Positions 53,418-61,453 are shown, counted from the first letter of the stretch. The stretch: 64,000 bases of DNA from an uncultured Clostridia bacterium (GCA_947625225.1 CANQNQ010000004.1:64443-128442), one strand, 5' to 3'. Notes: generated by a model from the sequence alone, not told the origin. Numbers and translations are program-made.

Positions 53418-53446
53418 ATTATACTCCCGAAAATCCCCTTTGTCAA
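53418..53446 (-). promoter_or_regulatory. Perfect-consensus sigma-A promoter of the giant gene (TTGACA-17-TATAAT)
   Basis: On the minus strand, -35 TTGACA is at 53446..53441 and -10 TATAAT at 53423..53418, with an exact 17-nt spacer. This predicts a 5' UTR of about 64 nt. The ORF-track TTG start coincides with the -35 element. Confidence 0.65.
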
Positions 53447-53585
53447 TATGCTATCTTCAAATCTTCAACATTAAAATGCGCCCGCTTCGCCCGCGCTCCG
53501 CGGCACTGCCTCGACGCGCAAACCCTCAAAAAACGCATGATTTCAAAAGGCGCATATGGGGCAATATTTTTGTAAAAATTTTACG

Positions 53586-53619
53586 AATTTTGCCACCTCA
53601 GGTGCGCATTTTGCCAAAA
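53586..53619 (+). repeat. 30-bp intergenic repeat, copy A (AATTTTGCCACCTCAGGTGCGCATTTTGCCAAAA)
   Basis: The core is the inverted repeat CACCT-C-AGGTG, flanked by direct TTTTGCC repeats. It lies about 140-150 bp from the -35 elements of both divergent promoters (giant gene and acyltransferase). Confidence 0.8.
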
Positions 53620-53758
53620 ATTATCTGCGCGTCGGCACGCCGCGCCCGTCCTCTTTTTGACGTTTGAAACGCGCTTCCCGCCGCGCCGCTTCCGGCGTAA
53701 AAACTCTTAATAAATTTGCCGTATTGCGGCATAAAGCCGCAAAACAAACTTATTTTTA

Positions 53759-53787
53759 TTGACGGTGTCGTCCGCGCATGGTATACT
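53759..53787 (+). promoter_or_regulatory. Candidate promoter of the DUF1624 acyltransferase gene (TTGACG-17-TATACT); leaderless mRNA predicted
   Basis: -35 is at 53759..53764 and -10 at 53782..53787. The ATG at 53794 starts 7 nt after the -10 element, and there is no Shine-Dalgarno sequence. Confidence 0.5.
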
Positions 53788-53793
53788 CAAAAT

Positions 53794-54687
53794 ATGGTAA
53801 ACGCACAGCCCAAAATCGCATATTCCACGTCGCGCAACTATCTTCCGAAGCCCTCCAAGCGCATCTGGGAGCTGGACTTTTTGCGCGGCCTGTGCGTCAT
53901 ACTGATGGTGCTGGACCACACCGCCCTGCTGGTGGGCACGTGGTTTGCGCCCGCATGGTACGGCTACGACTTCTTTGAGGCGGGGCTGGGCGACGCGTTC
54001 TGCCGCTTTTGCTATTGGTGGTGCGACAGTCTTGACCGCACGATAGCCCACAACGTGGTGCTGGTGGTGTTTTTTGCAATATCCGGCATATCCTGCTACT
54101 TTTCGCGCTCAAACTTCAAGCGCGGCGGGCAGCTGCTGGCGGTGGCGGAATTGTATACGCTGGTCACCCTGTTTATGGAATACGTGCTGGGCATCACGGG
54201 CGAGGTGGTCACCTTCGGCGTGCTGCACTTCCTTGCCTGCGCCATACTGATATACTCGCTGGTAGACGTTGTTTGCAGACACGACACAAAGACGGTCACC
54301 ATATGGGCGGCAGGGATAATAAGCATAACGCTGCTGTTGTACTTCTGCTACACGCCGCCCGCAAGCACGCCCAAAATTTTCTACATAGTTTTCCCGCCTC
54401 ACGACATCTTCGGCAACAAATCGCTGTTTTACACGCAGACGGAGATGTCGCCCGGCGACCTGTTTTCCCTCATCCCATACCTTGCGCACTTCTTTCTGGG
54501 CGTGATGATAGCTCCCTTCCTTTACGGGGAGCGAGTGTCCCTGCTGCCAAGGCTGGACGGCAAGTGGAACAAGCCCGTGGCGTTTGTGGGCAGACACGCC
54601 CTGATCATATATCTGGCGCACGTCGCCGCCATGGCGGGCATATGCGCGGTGGCGGGCTACATTGCCTTCGGCACGTGGGGATTTTAA
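53794..54687 (+). CDS. DUF1624-type (heparan-alpha-glucosaminide N-acetyltransferase-like) membrane acyltransferase (297 aa)
   Basis: KRIWELDFLRGLCVILMVLDHTALLVG... followed by about 8 more TM helices. The start is moved from the ORF-track 53716 to ATG 53794 because the promoter lies inside the longer ORF. Confidence 0.75.
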   Translation: MVNAQPKIAYSTSRNYLPKPSKRIWELDFLRGLCVILMVLDHTALLVGTWFAPAWYGYDFFEAGLGDAFCRFCYWWCDSLDRTIAHNVVLVVFFAISGISCYFSRSNFKRGGQLLAVAELYTLVTLFMEYVLGITGEVVTFGVLHFLACAILIYSLVDVVCRHDTKTVTIWAAGIISITLLLYFCYTPPASTPKIFYIVFPPHDIFGNKSLFYTQTEMSPGDLFSLIPYLAHFFLGVMIAPFLYGERVSLLPRLDGKWNKPVAFVGRHALIIYLAHVAAMAGICAVAGYIAFGTWGF

Positions 54688-54707
54688 GCGCATACAGGGT
54701 GTCAAAA

Positions 54708-54730
54708 TTTGGCAAAATGTGCACCTGAGG
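54708..54730 (-). repeat. 30-bp intergenic repeat, copy B (inverted relative to A; conserved core 23 bp)
   Basis: The reverse complement reads CCTCAGGTGCACATTTTGCCAAA, compared with copy A CCTCAGGTGCGCATTTTGCCAAA (1 mismatch). It lies in the 3' UTR of the acyltransferase gene, before its terminator. Confidence 0.75.
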
Positions 54731-54771
54731 TTTGAAAATCAGCAAATTTCAACTCAAAAATCGTATAATAC

Positions 54772-54797
54772 AAAAGGGCTGTCCTCAGCCTTTTTTT
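54772..54797 (+). terminator. Terminator of the acyltransferase gene
   Basis: AAAAGGGCTG-TCCT-CAGCCTTTTTTT. Confidence 0.65.
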
Positions 54798-54800
54798 CAC

Positions 54801-54826
54801 AAAAAAAAGCCCGCCGACAGGCAGGC
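54801..54826 (-). terminator. Terminator of the esterase/membrane-protein operon
   Basis: The minus strand reads GCCTGCC-TGTC-GGCGGGC followed by TTTTTTTT. Confidence 0.6.
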
Positions 54827-54846
54827 ATTTTTGCAAAATTTTGATG

Positions 54847-55956
54847 TTATTTGTTGTAACTGTGTTCCTTATATATGTCCGCGACGGAGCGCCTCTTCAG
54901 TTTGCCGTCCACAAAGTTTTTTATCTTGACGGTGTACATCTTGCTCAGCCTCCGCCTTATCAGTCCCACGATAAACAGCCATATGCGCAACGTCAGCTGA
55001 ATGAGCGCCACGGCAAATGATATCACAAACATCAGCCACCGCACCACTCCCACGTCGGACATAGCCAGCGCCGCCATGTCTATCGCGGTCAGCACCAGAA
55101 AGGACAGGCTTACAAATGATTTGAATATTTGTATCACCTTTTTGTAGCTCTTTGCGTCCCGCTTGCCCTTCTTGGGATTGTGGAAAGCCACTATCACAAA
55201 ACCTATAAATATGCCCACGTACAGCGCGAGCGCCGCTATAAGCACGTAGTTGAACACCGAATCCACCCACCGGCGCCCAATGTAGACGCACGTGGTCGCG
55301 ATAGCAAACACCGTGGACAGCAACGTCCATATGAGGCTTATCACGCTCAGCGTGGATTCCTTGCGCTTCTCGTGCTTGAGTTCCTTGCCTATCACCTCGG
55401 CGTCGGCGACATGTTTTATGCTCTGCCTCTCCAGCTCCTCTATCGCCTTACGCTTTTCCTCCCTTTCCTTGGCGGCTTGCGCGTCTTGCGATATTGGGGC
55501 GGCATTTTTTGCCGTCACAGGGGCATTTTGTACACCTGAGGTGGGGTTTTTTGCGCCCATATCGGCTTTTTGCGGTTGTCCGACGGCGTCCTCATCGGGG
55601 ACTTTTCCCGCCCTCTTGTCCTTGCCAAACGGTTTGAACAAAAACCTGCGTTTGCCCTCTTTTGCGGGCGCATTGGTCTGTGCAGCGGTGCCTACGGTCG
55701 CCTTTGCGTTATCCTCGCTTGCGGAAGCGTTGACCTGTACTGCGGCGCTTTCGGTCGCCTCTACACTATTTTTCTCAACAGGCGTTTCGCTTGCCTTGTC
55801 GACTTGCGCGTCCAACAAAACCTCGGCGTTTTCGACGTCGTTTGAGCGCGTCATATCCTCCGCCTCATCATCTGTGGACGATATCCGCCTGAATATACCG
55901 AGAATGCCGTTTTTGGGGACGGCATTCTCTGTTTTTTGCTTTTTGAAACCGGACAT
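54847..55956 (-). CDS. Hypothetical membrane protein with a long disordered N-terminal region and 4 C-terminal TM helices (369 aa)
   Basis: The N-terminal ~190 aa are low-complexity and Ala/Glu/Lys/Asn/Val-rich, followed by LSVISLIWTLLSTVFAIATTCVYIG... helices. No recognisable family. Confidence 0.6.
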   Translation of the reverse strand: MSGFKKQKTENAVPKNGILGIFRRISSTDDEAEDMTRSNDVENAEVLLDAQVDKASETPVEKNSVEATESAAVQVNASASEDNAKATVGTAAQTNAPAKEGKRRFLFKPFGKDKRAGKVPDEDAVGQPQKADMGAKNPTSGVQNAPVTAKNAAPISQDAQAAKEREEKRKAIEELERQSIKHVADAEVIGKELKHEKRKESTLSVISLIWTLLSTVFAIATTCVYIGRRWVDSVFNYVLIAALALYVGIFIGFVIVAFHNPKKGKRDAKSYKKVIQIFKSFVSLSFLVLTAIDMAALAMSDVGVVRWLMFVISFAVALIQLTLRIWLFIVGLIRRRLSKMYTVKIKNFVDGKLKRRSVADIYKEHSYNK

Positions 55957-55964
55957 AGCTTGAC

Positions 55965-56879
55965 TCAGACTTCCTTTGCCGCAACTCTGTCAAGGAAGTC
56001 GCCCACCAGCTTTACGTTTTCCGCAGCCAACTTGGTCGTCCAGCTGAGCGGGAAGCAGTGGTTGTCGCCAAACTTGGTGGAGTGATGCTGCTCGACGTAC
56101 ACGCCGTACCCCTTGAGCTTCTCTATAAGTTTCTCGCCCTGCCCACCGCAGAGGAAGTCCTTCTCGGCATAAGTCACAAAAGACTTGGGAAAGTTTTCGT
56201 CCACATAGTCGAAGGGACCCAGCACGTCGCGGTACTCGTACTCGTCAAGCTGTTTGGTGTGGATGCCGCAGAAGTCGTGCAACACTTTGTCCGTCAGATT
56301 GAGCGGCAGGTGTCTGTTGAGCGCCTCGTTGATGTCGTATATGCCGCAATCAAGGCTTGCCGTCCTGAAGCGGAGGTCGGTGCTTACCCCAAACCTCTCC
56401 TGCAACTGCTTGTTGGCCGTCACGCACGCCAGCATAGCGGCAAAGTATCCGCCCGCGCTGTCGCCGGACACGCACATGTTGTCAAGGTCGAGGTTGTACT
56501 TCTCCGCATTGGCGCCCACCCAATTGAGCGCGCGCACCAGATCCTGCACTCCGCGAGGGAAATATTCCTTGGGACCCAGCGAGTGATTGACATTGACTAC
56601 AAAGAAACCCTTGTTTGCCACCCACTTGGCAAGGCCGCGACGGTAATACTTGTCGCCCGCAACAAAGCCGCCGCCATGGATATAGAAGAACACGGGGTAC
56701 TTCTCGTCCCCTTCCTTTTTGACGTAATAGGTGTCAAGCTTTTCCATCTCGCCCTCGCCATAAGCGATGTCCTTTTCGATTTGGAAGTCGACGCCTTCAA
56801 ACTTCAGCATCTTCTGCTTGTTTTGAGACCTGTCGCAGAACTTGTCCACGCACACAAACAAAAATTGAGCTAATGTCAT
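55965..56879 (-). CDS. Alpha/beta-hydrolase esterase/lipase, HSL-like (304 aa)
   Basis: Oxyanion motif YIHGGGFVAGDK and nucleophile elbow VSGDSAGG. Confidence 0.85.
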   Translation of the reverse strand: MTLAQFLFVCVDKFCDRSQNKQKMLKFEGVDFQIEKDIAYGEGEMEKLDTYYVKKEGDEKYPVFFYIHGGGFVAGDKYYRRGLAKWVANKGFFVVNVNHSLGPKEYFPRGVQDLVRALNWVGANAEKYNLDLDNMCVSGDSAGGYFAAMLACVTANKQLQERFGVSTDLRFRTASLDCGIYDINEALNRHLPLNLTDKVLHDFCGIHTKQLDEYEYRDVLGPFDYVDENFPKSFVTYAEKDFLCGGQGEKLIEKLKGYGVYVEQHHSTKFGDNHCFPLSWTTKLAAENVKLVGDFLDRVAAKEV

Positions 56880-56909
56880 AACGCATATACCCCTTTATTT
56901 ATTGACATA

Positions 56910-56938
56910 ATTTTACCACATTCGTCGGGCGGTTGCAA
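56910..56938 (-). promoter_or_regulatory. Candidate promoter for the esterase operon (TTGCAA-17-TGgTAAAAT)
   Basis: On the minus strand, -35 is at 56938..56933 and -10 at 56915..56910, with an extended -10 TG. Confidence 0.45.
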
Positions 56939-56990
56939 CAGCTTTTTGAAAATATGCAACGTTTGTATGGTATCCGTTTAAATAAAAAAC

Positions 56991-57021
56991 TGCCAAAATG
57001 CGCACCTGAGGTGGCAAAATT
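56991..57021 (-). repeat. 30-bp intergenic repeat, copy C (same orientation as B)
   Basis: The reverse complement reads AATTTTGCCACCTCAGGTGCGCATTTTGGCA, matching copy A with 1 mismatch over 31 nt. It lies between the terminator of the condensation-like gene and the esterase promoter. Confidence 0.8.
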
Positions 57022-57034
57022 TGCGTTTTTCAAC

Positions 57035-57070
57035 AAAAAAAACTCCGACCCCGAAAACGGTGGATCGGAG
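57035..57070 (-). terminator. Terminator after the condensation-like gene
   Basis: The minus strand reads CTCCGA-N16-TCGGAG followed by T8. Confidence 0.55.
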
Positions 57071-57090
57071 GCTTGTTCCGCTTTGTGATA

Positions 57091-58386
57091 TTACTCCGCA
57101 CAGGCGCAGAAATCGTCAAAATTGCGCTCCAGTACGTCAAAGTAGTTGTTGACTATCGCCACGTCCTTGGAAGTGCCGTGCGTGGTCGTGGACAGCGTCA
57201 TCTCGCCCTTCAAGGTCGTTACGGACATAAGGAAGTAGGGCTTGTTCTTCACCGCGCCCGACATAAATCCGTCCGTGATCGTCGTGCCGTCAAACGTAAG
57301 TTTTTTCTCGTCAAGCACGCCTATGTTGCTTACGGCAAGCAGCGGATTGTCGTAGCCCATCTTGATGGCAAACTCCGCAATGTCCTGCGGCAGTATGGTG
57401 TACGCCAACTTGAGAAGAGGCAAAGAGTACAGCCCGATGTACTTGTCGCGCTTGTGCTTCTTCATGGCGCGCAACACGTTGACTACTGTGTCGCGTATCG
57501 TCTCGCCCTTTTCAAGCGTGCGGCAGGCAAGCCACGCCGTGTGGTTGGTGAGCCCGCCGTTTGCGCCTCCCTCCACAATGTGCTTTCTCAGGTCTATCGC
57601 GCAGGACACCGTGAGGCTGTCATTGTCCTTAAGTCCGCATATCTCGTAGAGCGTGCGCACGACCATAGCCATGATCGCGTCGTTGACAGTGATGCCCATC
57701 TGCTTCGCGACCGCGCGCATATTGGCAAACCTCTCGGCGGATATCTTACGCTTTATTATCCTGTTGACGTCCGCGACAGAAGCCTCCGTCCACGGAAATT
57801 GCACCTTGTCCACGCTCTTAGCCACATTGTGGTACAAGCCCCTGGCGTGCTTGAGGTCGTCGCCCTCCATCTTGGAGTATACCTGGTCGAAACTGCGCGA
57901 GCCCGTCTTGATGTGCAACTCGGCATGTTCGCCCTCCTTAAACGCGTTGTAGTTTTCGCACAGCGTGGTGATAAAGTACTTCAGATCGCCGCCGTCCATG
58001 CACATATGGTTGACGCGCAGCGCCAGCACCGTCTTGTTTCCGTCCTGCTCGAAGAGCGCTATCTTTATCTGCACATTGTTTTCAAAGGGTATAACGCCAA
58101 GCAAAAACTCGTCAGCGTCCCTGTCGGCGTTGTCGGTGACGGTGACGGACAGGATGTCGTCGACGGTGTACGCCTCCTCCTGCCAATACGGCTCGGTGGC
58201 GGTGACGTTGAAACTGCTGTGCAGCACGGGCGCCTTTTCCACCATATAGATTATGACGTTTTTAAGCGCGTCTTTATCCAGGATGCCGTCGTAGCAAAGC
58301 TTAAGATGCACCATCCTGTCATAGAAGTTCCTGAACAGAAATTGCATTCTGTCCCACATTTCCGCTTTAAGTCTTTCTTTTTTCAT
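57091..58386 (-). CDS. Stand-alone condensation-domain-like HxxxDG acyltransferase (431 aa)
   Basis: The motif ALRVNHMCMDGGDLKYF is an HxxxDG active-site variant of the NRPS C-domain/PapA5 type, and the overall size fits one C domain. No adenylation or carrier domains lie nearby. Confidence 0.65.
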   Translation of the reverse strand: MKKERLKAEMWDRMQFLFRNFYDRMVHLKLCYDGILDKDALKNVIIYMVEKAPVLHSSFNVTATEPYWQEEAYTVDDILSVTVTDNADRDADEFLLGVIPFENNVQIKIALFEQDGNKTVLALRVNHMCMDGGDLKYFITTLCENYNAFKEGEHAELHIKTGSRSFDQVYSKMEGDDLKHARGLYHNVAKSVDKVQFPWTEASVADVNRIIKRKISAERFANMRAVAKQMGITVNDAIMAMVVRTLYEICGLKDNDSLTVSCAIDLRKHIVEGGANGGLTNHTAWLACRTLEKGETIRDTVVNVLRAMKKHKRDKYIGLYSLPLLKLAYTILPQDIAEFAIKMGYDNPLLAVSNIGVLDEKKLTFDGTTITDGFMSGAVKNKPYFLMSVTTLKGEMTLSTTTHGTSKDVAIVNNYFDVLERNFDDFCACAE

Positions 58387-58463
58387 AACCGCACTTTATC
58401 CATGCAATATACGTAGCACAACATCGTTTTGCGCTGTATTTTGGTGATTTTGAGATGGGCGGA

Positions 58464-59333
58464 TCAGTCGTCCCACTGCGTCCAGTACGCCTCGTCCGTC
58501 TTGATATAATCTTCCTCTATCTTCTGCTTTTCGCTCTTGTTTTTGCGCTTGGCGCGCTTGACCATAAACACGGCAAATTCCACGACCAGCACCACCACGC
58601 CGCCAAGGCAGAGTATCCAGCCCGGATGCCAGATGTGCACCGTGGGATTTGCGTAGTTGGCAAGCGCAAGACCAAGGATGAGATACAGCATGACGCAGAA
58701 TAACTCCACAAATACGGGAAGCTCAAACCACCTGAGCTTGGACGATGTCAAAAACGCTATCGCCGTATCCACGCCCAGCAGCAACGGGACCATCGCGAGG
58801 AAGATGAGATAGCTGCCTTCCACTTTGGTCAACAGCTCCATAACGAGGTATATGAACACCGTCAGCAACACCTCGCACACGGCGACGATCGCCCTTACGG
58901 GTATGTACTTTTTGGCCTTGACAAGACGCACCGCGACAAATCCCAACGCCACCGTCACGCCCGCAAACAGTCCGCCCAGCATAATGAGCCAGCCCGGATG
59001 CCACAGATGAGTGGTCACGCCCATAATCACATACGCCAACGTCAGCGCCACCGCCACCGCCAATGCAATGGAAATGCCCGCGGATATCTTGCGCTTAATG
59101 ACGTCGGACTTGACCATATGCGCCTCGAAATCCTTCAGCCTCTGAGGCAGATCCCCGAAACTCTCGACCGTCAACTTGTAGATGAGGTCGTCGTCGGTGA
59201 TGCCCTTGATGCGCAGCTCCTGCTCCTTGTCGAGCATTTCGACAAGCAACTGCTTCCTCAGCTCCATAGCCGCCTTGGTAGGCGCTATAAGTCTGAATTG
59301 TCTTTCAAGATAAGCTTTGAAGCGTTCTTTCAT
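58464..59333 (-). CDS. Membrane protein with an N-terminal cytoplasmic helical domain and duplicated H[LI]WHPGW...LGG TM modules (289 aa)
   Basis: MKERFKAYLERQFRLIAPTKAAMELRKQLLVEMLDKEQEL... is followed by two similar 3-TM halves (THLWHPGWLIMLGGLFAG / VHIWHPGWILCLGGVVVL). The start is set at ATG 59333, with GGAGGA 6 nt upstream. Confidence 0.65.
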   Translation of the reverse strand: MKERFKAYLERQFRLIAPTKAAMELRKQLLVEMLDKEQELRIKGITDDDLIYKLTVESFGDLPQRLKDFEAHMVKSDVIKRKISAGISIALAVAVALTLAYVIMGVTTHLWHPGWLIMLGGLFAGVTVALGFVAVRLVKAKKYIPVRAIVAVCEVLLTVFIYLVMELLTKVEGSYLIFLAMVPLLLGVDTAIAFLTSSKLRWFELPVFVELFCVMLYLILGLALANYANPTVHIWHPGWILCLGGVVVLVVEFAVFMVKRAKRKNKSEKQKIEEDYIKTDEAYWTQWDD

Positions 59334-59817
59334 ATGCGATCCTCCGATTGTTGTCATAAAATATACAACATTTATGATAAAAGGTTACATATTTTTTATC
59401 AGTATATCACAACCCAAAATATTTGCATAGCAAATTGAGGTACATTCGCCCGCTCGCGACAAAAAATTTTTAGGCGCGTCCTTTGTTTTCGACTTGATTT
59501 ATGATCACATAATGACGCACAACAGCAACTTTATCGTATATTTCAGCAATATAAACACCGCATTTTGTAGTATAAATGCCAAATAATATAATTTGAAGAA
59601 TTGTATGCCCGTCGTCTGTTTCGCCGTATATATCACAGGCGGCAAATGCAAAACGGGCGCCCTTAAGGCGACTCCCAAGATCCCCACGCACTTTCATGAG
59701 CTATCAAACCTATACTATTGACAACCGAGTGAAGCCAAAGCAAAAAACGGCGAGACAAAAGCGCACTTCCCATAGTGAACAAAAACAAAATTTTTAGAAT
59801 TGTGCTTTCAAGCGATG

Positions 59818-59853
59818 ACAAAACTCTCGGATAAATTCATCCGAGAGTTTTTG
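59818..59853 (-). terminator. Terminator after the YdeI-like gene
   Basis: AAAACTCTCGGA-TAAATTCA-TCCGAGAGTTTT forms a 12-bp stem with T-runs on both strands. Confidence 0.7.
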
Positions 59854-59892
59854 CCATTTACTGTGTGGTATCTCTTCTTATTGACATTTAGC

Positions 59893-60243
59893 TTATAGCA
59901 ACCGTCCGCCGTCATTCCATTCGCCATACATAATGCCCCGCCGAGTGTTGTAAATGAATTTTTCCAACCGGCTTTGAAATAGAGCTGGTATCTTTTTCTT
60001 GATTTGAATGGTATCAATCCGAACTCTTTTGTATAGATCGGGGAATTTTTGAAAATTCGCCCATACTTCTCCGTCCGATTGCAATGCTTTCAAAACAGCA
60101 TCCACATACCAAAAAGTGTCGCCGCCCAGCGGTCTGCCGCGCTTTACAACCGCCCAACATTCGCTTTCTACCATGTGGTTATCTTCAAGCCATGCCCGAA
60201 ATTCGTCCCTATTTTTCGCATCGAGCAAATTATTTACTTCCAT
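59893..60243 (-). CDS. Short YdeI/OmdA-family-like protein (116 aa), possibly internally shortened
   Basis: The N-terminus ...RDEFRAWLEDNHMVESECWAVV and the C-terminus ...VWANFQKFPDLYKRVRIDTIQIKKKIPALFQSRLEKFI resemble the two ends of YdeI-type proteins, without the middle portion. Confidence 0.45.
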   Translation of the reverse strand: MEVNNLLDAKNRDEFRAWLEDNHMVESECWAVVKRGRPLGGDTFWYVDAVLKALQSDGEVWANFQKFPDLYKRVRIDTIQIKKKIPALFQSRLEKFIYNTRRGIMYGEWNDGGRLL

Positions 60244-60272
60244 TTTTTCATCTTGCTCCGCTAAATTGAAAT

Positions 60273-60590
60273 TTACCGCTTTTTCGTTTTCGGCATCGGC
60301 AGGTCGTCATACATTGTCTCGAATAATCCTATCAAAAAAGCCTTATCGTCCACATTGTCCACAAGCAACATTTCCTTTGCGCCCTCATACGGCAAAGAAT
60401 ACTCCGCTTTGGACATATAGGATAGAGCGGATCTTACGGGTTTTACGAGCAATCTGTCATCGTATATACCGCCGACAAGTTTGCCGCGATAGTAGATCAA
60501 AAATTCACCCATCATAGGCTTGTAGGTGATGTCCTTTAAGTTGGATAGTTGTTCTGAAATGAAATTCAAATATTCCTTGCTTGACGGCAT
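60273..60590 (-). CDS. TfoX N-terminal-domain protein (105 aa)
   Basis: MPSSKEYLNFISEQLSNLKDITYKPMMGEFLIYYRGKLVGGIYDDRLLVKP... Start at ATG 60590 after GGAGG. The ORF-track GTG at 60623 is rejected. Confidence 0.7.
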   Translation of the reverse strand: MPSSKEYLNFISEQLSNLKDITYKPMMGEFLIYYRGKLVGGIYDDRLLVKPVRSALSYMSKAEYSLPYEGAKEMLLVDNVDDKAFLIGLFETMYDDLPMPKTKKR

Positions 60591-60619
60591 AATTCCTCCG
60601 CTGGATTGAAATTTATTTT

Positions 60620-61453
60620 TCACTTAACAATAATGTATTCCAACATACTCAGTTCTCGCTCAACCTGCTTGTAATAGTCGCTTTGCAGATATTGCGGTGC
60701 GAATTTTTCTCTGTTACAAATCGCTTCGTTCAGCGTCTTTGGTATGGGAAGCGGTTGCAGGTCGGCAAAATCGTTCAGTGGAATGAGGACAGAATATGTA
60801 TCTTCGGTCAGGTAGCTTTTTGCAATTTGCCGAAACTTCGGGAAGTCGCAAGGCTGTGATGGCTCCATATAGAAATAATAGTGTACCGCTTCATCGACAT
60901 ACCAACACAAGTTGCGGAGAATGTTGATCTCTTTTTTCAACTCGGCTTTTGCCTTGTTCTTCAAGCTCAACGCAATCTTTTGCATTTGCCCGTAGAGCGG
61001 CAGCTTCTTGATGGTATCGTTTACGGCAGACAAAACCGCGTCTTTGAGGCTGTCGTCCACTTCCGCCATATGGTACAGCGAAAAGACCTCGTGCGAGACA
61101 CAGGAAAAAAGGCATTTTTCGCCTTGAAACAGAGCTAAATTTTCAAGCAATGGCGGTTCGCCCCCAAACATACAGGTAAGGCTTTCGTCGAGAATGTGCT
61201 TTTTTAGCGGTTCGGTCAGTCGGAAGCGGAAAAGGTTGCCACACATTCTACCGTCACTTTCTCCGTGCCTAGAATATAGAAACGCGGGAATGATATCTTC
61301 ATATTGAGTGCCGTACAAATCGTAAATATCTTTCAGCCCATAAATATCACTGCCAAAAAATTCAGCTGTATCACAGACGGATAATAGCATTTTCGCAACG
61401 CTTTGCCCTACTGCCTCAAACTGCGTGTAACAAGGAATATCTTCAAAATACAT
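60620..61453 (-). CDS. Hypothetical cytoplasmic protein (277 aa)
   Basis: A clean ORF with a GGAGAG ribosome-binding site and lower GC than the core genes. No family recognised. Confidence 0.55.
   Translation of the reverse strand: MYFEDIPCYTQFEAVGQSVAKMLLSVCDTAEFFGSDIYGLKDIYDLYGTQYEDIIPAFLYSRHGESDGRMCGNLFRFRLTEPLKKHILDESLTCMFGGEPPLLENLALFQGEKCLFSCVSHEVFSLYHMAEVDDSLKDAVLSAVNDTIKKLPLYGQMQKIALSLKNKAKAELKKEINILRNLCWYVDEAVHYYFYMEPSQPCDFPKFRQIAKSYLTEDTYSVLIPLNDFADLQPLPIPKTLNEAICNREKFAPQYLQSDYYKQVERELSMLEYIIVK

Noticed and set aside
53348-53446. A 33-codon N-terminal extension of the giant ORF (MTKGIFGSIILPYKIYAYVAYTLRRMCGFGGRC) starts at a TTG.
   Set aside because: The TTG is part of the -35 hexamer of the consensus promoter, so the extension would lie upstream of the predicted transcription start. 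The ATG at 53347 has an ideal GGAGG and opens directly into a lipoprotein signal peptide.
53586-54730. Repeat copies A and B are in inverted orientation around the acyltransferase gene. This raised the question of an invertible, phase-variable segment.
   Set aside because: No recombinase or invertase gene lies nearby. Inverting the segment would not reposition either promoter relative to its gene. A third copy (C) also exists, in a different context. The idea can be tested with read-pair orientation, but the sequence does not support it.
59470-59697. A 75-aa minus-strand ORF (MKVRGDLGSRLKGARFAFAACDIYGETDDGH...).
   Set aside because: It has no ribosome-binding site and no family resemblance. 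Its sequence is partly duplicated at 62170-62385, where the frame is broken by stops. It is more likely a decaying fragment than a gene.
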